DNA of 64,000 bases. Origin: Camelus ferus. Taxonomy: Eukaryota. Of this stretch, positions 55,421-64,000 are shown in pieces. Where the stretch lies: positions 26,352,001 through 26,416,000 of the forward strand of contig NC_045696.1 in NCBI RefSeq assembly GCF_009834535.1. The letters run 5' to 3'. The notes under the pieces are model-generated. The model was not told the DNA's origin. It worked only from the letters and a program-made list of their open reading frames with translations, and searched no databases. Each line of letters starts with the position of its first letter. Position 1 is the first letter of the stretch. Made by a program: the position numbers and the translations under genes.

Positions 55421-56767
55421 AGACACCTGTTGTTTGTAGGACTCGCTTATCTAGGTAATTTACAACTTATATTCCTGGGATTACTGAGTGGCTCTTAAAG
55501 TAACTCCTAGCCTTAAGTGGGCCATACTTTTGAGTCACAAATTCCTGGTTTCCTATTAACTACTTTGCATACATCATCTCAATTAACCTTCCCAAATGTA
55601 TGAAATAGTACTGTTGCCAACTAACAGAAACAGGGATTTAAAAAGATTAAGTGTCCTACATAAGCTCACTGCTTACTTAGCCAGTAAGTGGCAGAGATGA
55701 TATGCAAATGTGGAACTTCAAAGCCTTGCTCTTTCTAATCTATTACAGTACCATGATAACTAATACAATGAAAGTCACACATTCCTTTGATGTGATATGC
55801 TAAAATTTGCCATTTATATTTTGCTTACAATTTATTTTTAAAGTCTTTGACTAGCCACTAAAACTCATCATGATATTGACGTAAGAAATCACTTAATTCT
55901 CCATGTCTGAATTTATTAATCTGTTAAATAAACATCTAAATCCTTGCTCTTCAATGATATGATTCCTTGAGTTTTAAACCTGTTAAAAAAATGTGGATTG
56001 AGACTTTCTTTATTGTCTCAAGTCTAAATTGTCAAAAACATGACTACTTCTAGAATTATCTTACTCCACATTTAAATGTATGTTTTTGTTATATAGACCT
56101 TAGAACTAATTTTAACTTGTTTGGATCCAACATCCACTTGGGTTTTCAAATTAGTTTCAAATTCTTTAAGGGTATATACAAGTTTTATCTTTTGGTGACA
56201 TTTTAACTATAGATATTAATATCTATAAAAAGGTGTTTACATAATTATTATAGTTTTATATAGTATTTTAATACCATCCAGAAAATTAAAGAATGTTTGA
56301 TCAAAATAAATTCTCTGGTAGAATATTAAGGGCAATATTTTTGTGGATCATTAACATTTGCATTCAGGCAGTGCTAAAGGGAAAGGTAATTTGCAAATAC
56401 CTTGTGTTACATGTTGTAGATGCTTTTCCTTCATGAGAATTATTTTACAAAATGTTTTACATAGCTAAAGAAGAGTTACTGTTATTTCAGCTCACAGCCC
56501 TTGTTTTAGTACTGATTTGTGAGGTGGTAAATCAAGAAGTGATTCTGAATCTGTCCACAGCAAAACAAAACACACAGGAGCAATGTTCTGAATCACACTT
56601 CAAACTCATAATTTGATTATTCTTTTGAAACTTATAAAATATGCTTATCAATAAATTGTGACAAGATCAGGACAGAACAAAGATTACCTACTTCAAGAAA
56701 CTCTCTAATCTTCTCTGCCTTTGGCACATGAGGTATGTATTTTTGTGTTTATTTTTGCCTTAATATT

Positions 56768-56774
56768 TACTAAC
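56768..56774 (+). promoter_or_regulatory. Consensus branch point TACTAAC of the transmembrane exon
   Basis: TACTAAC with the branch A at 56773, 21 nt before the exon start, then a pyrimidine tract and CAG. Confidence 0.8.
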
Positions 56775-56793
56775 ACTATTGTTTCTTCCACAG

Positions 56794-56976
56794 GGGGACG
56801 AAATGAGGTTGTCATCACTGAAAACAATAACAGCATAACTGAGCAAATCACTGATGTTGTGAAGCAACCAGCCTTCATAGCTGGCATTGGTGGTGCCTGC
56901 TGGGTAATTCTGATGGGTTTTAGCATCTGGTTGTACTGGCGGAGAAAGAAGAGAAAGGGACTCAGTAATTACGCTG
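56794..56976 (+). CDS. ROBO2: ROBO2 exon (~17), stalk and transmembrane helix (~56871-56939): (G)[60 protein letters not shown]
   Basis: Acceptor gtttcttccacag, donor CTG|gtaaga, 183 nt, phase 1 to 1. A hydrophobic 23-mer is followed by basic RRKKRK. Confidence 0.97.
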
Positions 56977-57243
56977 GTAAGAGGCTATTTTCAGCTAAAG
57001 AAATGTCTTATCTTTAGGAATATACAAAATACAAGGGAAGGAATGGAATGGAATGATGAATGAGTGAATGAATGGATGTTTGGGGCTTGATTTAAACAAT
57101 TATAAACAATATGCTTTAATGCATTGCTCTTTGCTGTATCACATTATGACCATAAGGCAATCTTTTTGCTTATATCTCCAATGAAGTATAAGAAGAGTGC
57201 ATGCTGATAAAGTGCTTAGCCATTTTTCCCAACTGTTTCCTCA

Positions 57244-57291
57244 ACACACACAAACACACACACATACACACACACTCACACACTCACACAC
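57244..57291. repeat. Interrupted (CA)n microsatellite
   Basis: acacacacaaacacacacacatacacacacactcacacactcacacac. Confidence 0.9.
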
Positions 57292-58455
57292 TTTGCATGC
57301 TAGGAAACCATTGTGTGAAAAGTGGATTTAAGCAAGAACATTCCTAAAATGCTCTGAAAAAAAGAAAAGATTTGATATTTAGGGTTTTATTCTAATAATT
57401 TATGATACAAATTACAGTAGGAAATGTGTCTCAGATGGAAAATATACCAACAAGCAAAAAAAAAAAAAAAAAACTCACCAGAATTAATAAGACTGACAAG
57501 ACATGAATTTACTAGTCACTTAAATAGGATGTCTATTTCAAAGTAACCGATCAGTGTTTTAGAGGAAAAGGAGAAGCAAAAGAAGCAGAAAAAGAAGCTG
57601 CTACATGTTTTACTTGTTTGCAAAAATGTTTTCTTCTTAGAACCCATAATAGGAACTTGAAGGATGTCCAAAATTGTGGCTTTCAAGTACTTCCCAGGTA
57701 TAGAGAAAGAGAGAAAATTGTCAAATCAGTGATTGAAAAATGAACTCAAAACTGAAGCTATGCTCAATTACAATTTAAATTGCAATGCATTTTAAGAATT
57801 TTCTCTAATAACAATGATCATACAAAGAAATTGTCTCACAATATTTCACATTTTCTAGAATCTGCAAGGGAACAATTTTAACTTACCATTGTCCTACAAA
57901 TATTTTACAATTTTTGAGACATTTTATTCAGTCATCTGTTTCTAATTTTAACTTTGTAAGAAGTATAAATGTCTTAAGTGATTTTTTGACAGAGGCTTCA
58001 TTGCTTATTAAGCTTACCGGCTGATGTAGCTTTTAGGCTTGTAAGCTTCTGAGAATGTCTAGTGTAAAATGAAAGGAATTAACACCCACTTGGTTGTCTT
58101 GCTTGTTATTTGACAGTATTTAAATATGATCATTTGACTATCACATTGTGGCTCCTGTCTCTCTGTCTTGTGAAAATACAGTTTATTAGTTACTGGTTAG
58201 AATAAATTCCCAGGACTGGAGAAAGCAATGTAGTGTTTCCATTGAAAAGGGGCTTCCATGCTTTGTGACTTGCTATTGCTCTGCCATTCTCATTTCTCAT
58301 TGGCTACTGATGCCTGCTGCCTTACACTTTGTCATCCGGGTGCTGTGTCACCTACCAGTGAGGGATTCTTCCCGGAACGTGTTGCTGGACAGTAACTGCC
58401 GAGTGTCAGAGTCTTGCAAGTTAATGATGCTTTAACCTAACCTCTTGTTTTGCAG

Positions 58456-58484
58456 TCCTGTCCTCTACTTTCATCCCCCTAAAG
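58456..58484 (+). other. ROBO2: Candidate 29-nt frameshifting (fossil or poison) microexon of ROBO2
   Basis: tttaacctaac branch motifs, ctcttgttttgcag acceptor, AAG|gtatag donor. Reads VLSSTFIPLK in frame with the TM exon, similar to the recalled ROBO1 VPSFTFTPT exon. Confidence 0.55.
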
Positions 58485-61400
58485 GTATAGTCCATCAACC
58501 TGTCTAGTCAATCACTATGTTCCATTTCATCTCTGTGACACACTCATGTAAATCATATAAAAAATAAGAGACCTGATTTAATTCAAGGACTATTTTGTGT
58601 TAATCTCTTTGCTTGACTTTAGTGAAAGTAATGAAAAGCTGACCATGCTAGTCACTTCAGTCAGTGCAAAGTTCTAAGATACCACATTTGTAGTGGTGTA
58701 CTTTTACCCTCCATACCTTTCCATTCTCTCACTCCTTCGAATTAGCATAGCTCTTGTAATTAGTTGGCTTGTGTTTTTAGTAAAAAATATATCACACAGC
58801 CTTCTTTTTCTTCTTTTTATTTTAAAACAGCAGTTCTTTACAAAACCTGTGATTTAATTTGAAAATAGCTATAGGTCTTTGAGCTTGACAAGAATAATAC
58901 ATTTCCTATGATCATTTCTCATTGTGATTGATACCCATCTGCTTGTAGAAGAACTGCTAACTCAGAAGTGCTGTGCCCTTCAAATATTTTGGAATAAGGC
59001 CAAGCCAGAGAGCAGCCTTTCTAAACCTTTATACTTAATTGATAGATGGCTGACTCTCAGAATGGCTTCACCTTCAGCTAATAATTTGCCTTCCAGCAAC
59101 TGCTGTTCAACTCTAGGTGAGAAGCAACTGAAAATCCAAACCACCAGGACTTACCATTGTATATTTGATTTGGTGATATTGTCTACATATTTCACTTCAT
59201 AAATATCCTACCCTCCACCTTTTAAAATTTTTATATTCTTGTCTTTATACAACTTAGAGGATATGAGCATTTTAAATAGGAATGATTGGTGTAGTATGTA
59301 TTGGCCATATGTTTAAATTTCTGACATTTCATGCGTGAGCTAATGATCCATTTTGAGAGCACAGAGATTCTGTACAGGGCTATTTTTCCCAGAATTGTTT
59401 CATGAAAATTTTAGAGAAAATATTCTATGTGTACTGGTTCTGTTTATATTTTAGTTTCCATAAAAATTTCTCTGAGAATCTTATACTTTAACAAGTAACG
59501 AAAAACTGAACTCAGTAAAGTTAAAGCAATGTGATTTTACTCACAAAAATGAAAAGTCTAATATTTCCACTTTTTACTACATGGTAATATCTATATAATC
59601 TCAAAATGTTATTATTGATCTATGATAACAATAATCTTTTTTTTTCAAATAAACAAAAGTCTACTTTGGGATCAGTATTTAAATTAATTTGTACCAAAAG
59701 ATGCCTTCATTTATGTCAAACCCCAAGTGTGATCTTTGAATTATACTTAAACATCTGATGCATTTTATATGTATGAAGAAACATACATTGTATTAATGCT
59801 AGACTGATCCAAAGTAGAATTGTAAAGCAGGCAAAATTTCATTTCATCATTTTCTTTTTCCTGCTTCATTCCAAGTCTTCTTAACCACCATAGGTAGATT
59901 TGAACCACCAAAGGGAAGATTTTAACTAGTGGGAAGATATAGAAATACCTTGCAGGGTACAGACTCCAACTCCCAGCAGGATGCCTTTCATTCACTCTAT
60001 TTAGGCAAAAAATTACACACTGACTTTTACTGTGGCTGGTCCCCGTAATGTGGAAAATTATATTTGACTGCTTAGAAGAAAGGTTAAAAAAAAAATGCTA
60101 CTCAGTGCTGATATTTTTTTAATGTGTCAGAGGATTTAACATATTTATCAAAGAACACTAGTGGATTAACACCTCAGATTGTAAAAGCAACTATCAAGAA
60201 TCAAATGTAAACTTACACACTTAAATGATCTGAGAGAATTTGGCCTGAATGTGTTTTGCTTCTTTACACAGCAGAAAATGGAGATTTCCCTAAGGCAAAG
60301 TTATACACTAACTTCCTATTCACTTTTTTTCTATTTCTTCTTTATTTAAATTCTTCAGACACAAACACGCACCACAAGTTTGCACGTGGCTCAGAGAAGG
60401 GCAGCTGGGACGAGAAAGGTATCCTTATAGCTCATATTCTACGTGAAATCATTTTATCCTTTTCCAGAGCAACATGCAATGTTATTTATTTTAATCCTCA
60501 CTGAGCACTAACAGTCTGTTTGTCACTATTTGGGGTTCCTGACTGCCAGAATTCACTACCTGAGTAGTTAAAGGGTGAAACAGAATTGCAAAGGCATTTG
60601 GGCAGAAGATACAGGAAATACTAGGTGATTTTTGAATGGAGAGTGAATGTTTCATCATATGTGTAACAGTGTTTGTGAACAGAAAAATGAGCAACATGTT
60701 TGAATAAGAGCCATGCAGCTTTCATGAGGCGTCTGTAGATTGTGTTATAATCTTCTCGAAGGCCACATGACTCTTCAAACTCATGCTGTTCGTATTTCTG
60801 TTCATAATTTTTTAAGTCATCATCTTTTTAATGAAAGTAAACATATTTTCACTTTTAAAGGGATGACTTCTATTTTATGAACATTGCTTCTGAGGATAAC
60901 AGATATCATTCAACTCAGTGAATATAAATAATTTAACGAGTGAGCAAATTATGAGATACCAAACACTTCATTGCATGCGTTTTAAACCATTGGTGAAATT
61001 ATTGGACAAAACTACCCTAAGACAACTAAAAGATTTGATGGAATTTTTATACTCTGATTATCTAGGCTTGAGTTAATGCGTATTAAAAGAGGATTAATCT
61101 ACATTCATATTTGAGAAATAGCTTATCAGGAAAGGGAATGAGGCTTGGCTGGCAACATTAAAGTTTCCATTTGGAGTAGGAAAATGTGGCTTACTAGAGA
61201 TAGGCACTCTGAAAGCTTCCTTACCTCAAAATGTCAATTTACCACATAGTTTTGTTTCTCTTCCCCCTCAATTCTAGCAGGCATGAGATTAGGATTAATC
61301 CTGTCAGATAATATTAGAGGTACTTTGTGTATGATATGAACTTGCAAAATCTCTTTACCTTACGTTTTTCATAAATATTGCAATAAATTCAAAATATTTA

Positions 61401-62349
61401 ATGCAGTTCTAAAACATTTAAGATGGTGTCTGTAGAGCTTTTTGGAAATTTTAGCACTAGTTGGTTCTTAATTTTAGATGCTAGCAGAAATCCCTGGTAA
61501 AGATTCCCATTTTTTTCAAATTTCATTCTGCTAAGCACAAAGTTTACTACATTATGATTATCAAAACTGTGACCAGAGCAAGATTGTCCAAGCACCTCCC
61601 TCCCATCCTCTTGCTTTCAGCTTTAAGGTAGTTCAGCATCTCAAATGAGAGCTACTTTAAAACAGCTTCCAAGTTGCTGGGGCATTTATTTTTATGTTTT
61701 TCACTCTCTGTGCACACACACAAAAATGCTGATCAAAACACCAAATGTGACATCTATTTTAGGCATTCTTATTGCTTATCCTTATTTCTAGTCTGCTTTT
61801 AATCTCATAGCCTAATACAACTCAGTTATTTTTGTTGTACTTTTCAGAATGGAATAAATCTGAAAGTTTTGGAGCATGAGGAGAAAAGGAAACTTGAAAA
61901 AGAGTCCTCTTTTTTTCCCCTTGCTTTAAAAGACAACTAAATCAACCTTATTATGTAAGAGTATTGGGCTTTTTTGCTGTTTTTATTTTTTTCCTCCTGA
62001 TAGAAACATACACAATTGAAAATTACCATATATATCAAAGTGTGTCTATGGGCCATTTTAAGTCAATTATGTACTTACATAACAACTCCATATTTTTGCC
62101 TTTGTATGGTTGATATGCAGAGATACAAAGATAAATACCTTTTTTGTAACATTTTGACAATCTGTTAGCACTCTAGAACCATTTGAAAATATTTTTATGA
62201 TTTGGAATACAAATAGAAAATGGATGTTTCTTAAATGTTTTAAAATGTAAAATTCTTTTATTCACAACGTTTAATTCTCAATTGGTAAATATGGACCATG
62301 TCAGAGTATATACTCTTCACACATCTGCAAATTAACCTTGATGAATGAT

Positions 62350-63150
62350 TTTTTTTCCAAGTTGTTACATTACATAAAATTTGCTATCTTGACCATTTTT
62401 AAGTGTACAAGTTCAGTGGCCTTGAATACATTCATAATGTTGTGCAAACATCACCACCACCCATCTCCATAAATGTTTTCATCTTCAAAAACTGAACCCA
62501 GTAAACAGTAATTCCCCACTCCCCACTTCTCCCAGCCCCTCAGAACCTGCAGTCTACTTTCTGTCTCTATGATTTTGACTACTCTGAGTGCTTCATATAA
62601 GTGAACTCATACAATATTCTTGTGATTTGCTTATTTCATTTAGCATAATGTGCTCAAGGTACATCCAAGTTTTAGCATATGTCAGATTCCCTTAACTTTT
62701 TAAGGCTGAATAATATTCCATTGTTATCTGTATTCTACACTTTGCTTATCTATTCATCCATCAATGGATGCCTGGTTTGCTTCTACATTTTAGCTACTAT
62801 GAACAATGTTACTATGAACATTGGTGTACAAATATCTCTTCAAGATCCTGCTTTCAATTCCTTTGGGTATATACCCAGAAGTAGTGTTACTAGATCTTAT
62901 GGCAATTCTATTTTTAATTTTTTGAGAGCCAACATACTGTTTTCCACTATGGCTGCACTATTTTACATTCCACCAACAGTGCACAAGAATTTCAATTTCT
63001 CCACATTCTCACTAATGCTTATTTTATGTTTCTTTTATTGTAAGTAGCCAACCTCAGAGTTGTGAGGTGGCATCTCACTGTAGTTTTGATTTGCATTTCC
63101 CTAAAGATTACTGATGTTAAGCACCTTTTCACATTCTTATTAGCCATCTG
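62350..63150 (-). mobile_element. LINE-1 3' portion (L1MB-like)
   Basis: catttttaagtgtacaagttcagtgg...taaggctgaataatattccattg...tttgggtatatacccagaagt...cattccaccaacagtgcacaag. TGAATGAT at 62342-62349 and 63149-63156 may be the target site duplication. Confidence 0.92.
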
Positions 63151-64000
63151 AATGATACCTTTTGGGTAAGATTTTGAGTGTTGCATCGTAATACTTTAAA
63201 ATTTACAGTTTATGAAAAATTTACAATTGGTCAGTACAGAAAAGCTAAATACAACTTAATTTCTGTGTCTGTGCTTCAGTTGTCCTCTTTTTCTCTAAAA
63301 TTATTTATTGCTTTGACAGTAACAGAAAATTTGGTGAGGCAAAAAGAGCATCTGATACAGGGAGAAATGCTTAGCTGCTGCCCACTTATCTCCTAAACTG
63401 CACATTTGGAGGTGTAGCCAATCAGTGCCTGCTTATTTGCATATTTGCAGTGATACTCACATTATCTTAGCTCTCTTTTAGCAGACTAAAACAATCACGT
63501 GATAATCCATTAAAAAAAAACACATAACTAGAAAGTCACATAAGATGGAAAGTTAATTAGCTATACTATTTTCACATTTTTGTATTTTTGTTCCTCCAAA
63601 TCAGACCTTTATTTAATACCACCAGTGCTCAGTTTTTTTAAAATAATTGTTTCAGATCAATTTGTTATTGTTATTATTGTCAAAAGGAGTTATTAAAGGG
63701 ACCCAAGTTGGTGTGGGCACACTGCTGATTCTTGATTCCCAGCACTTCAGTGAGTTGGTCAGGAAGCAGATTAGTGATCATTATTCTTTTGATTTCTCCA
63801 AAGAGCTGTCCATAACCAGTCCTGGGTAGGTGTGAAGGTTATGGCAGGACTGTTTTATAATTCACTTGAGAAATTACTTAAAAAATTGATAAGGCAGTGT
63901 ACTTTAGGTGCCAGCAAGATGTTTCTGAAAGCACTGCCTCATGAATTCCTAATAGACACTTGAATTATGATCATATTGTGTAATTACAGTGTCATAAGAG

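Larger units (their letters stand above)
1..64000 (+). other. ROBO2: Internal part of the ROBO2 transcription unit (about intron 6 to intron 17); no start or stop codon in the window
   Basis: Eleven exons with canonical AG/GT ends and compatible phases join into 583 uninterrupted codons matching the recalled ROBO2 Ig4-Ig5-FN3x3-TM sequence. Confidence 0.97.

Noticed and set aside
56536..56601. Imperfect inverted repeat GAAGTGATTCTGAA...TTCTGAATCACACTTC
   Set aside because: About 13 bp of pairing with a bulge and a mismatch is within chance expectation.
56977..57017. Read-through tail [17 protein letters not shown] in ORF 56721..57017
   Set aside because: Ordinary intronic extension of an exon ORF, with no evidence for retention.
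62679..63047. 122-aa ORF, and similar ORFs at 36951-37493 and 49478-50667
   Set aside because: Chance frames over decayed LINE-1.
58500..64000. Next constitutive ROBO2 exon (VTFQRGDGG...)
   Set aside because: No matching sequence found; presumably downstream of the window.

Overview
AT-rich mammalian genomic DNA lying wholly inside one + strand gene, ROBO2 (roundabout guidance receptor 2). Eleven GT-AG exons between 16589 and 56976 (1749 nt, 583 codons) splice into one open frame. They encode Ig4, Ig5, three FN3 domains, the stalk, the transmembrane helix and the RRKKRK stop-transfer segment. The start, the stop and the next cytoplasmic exon are outside the window. Introns hold old mammalian repeats (L1, L2, MIR, MaLR LTRs, MER5-like) and two young tRNA-derived SINEs that suggest a camelid genome. 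No prokaryotic system or CRISPR array is present, and most listed ORFs are intronic noise. The best candidate for something undescribed is a 29-nt exon-like element at 58456-58484. It has intact splice signals and a NOVA-type YCAY cluster, and resembles the 27-nt juxtamembrane alternative exon of ROBO1, but it shifts the frame, so it may be a fossil or poison microexon. Comparisons with other genes and repeat families are from memory, repeat boundaries are approximate, and exon numbers follow the recalled human numbering.
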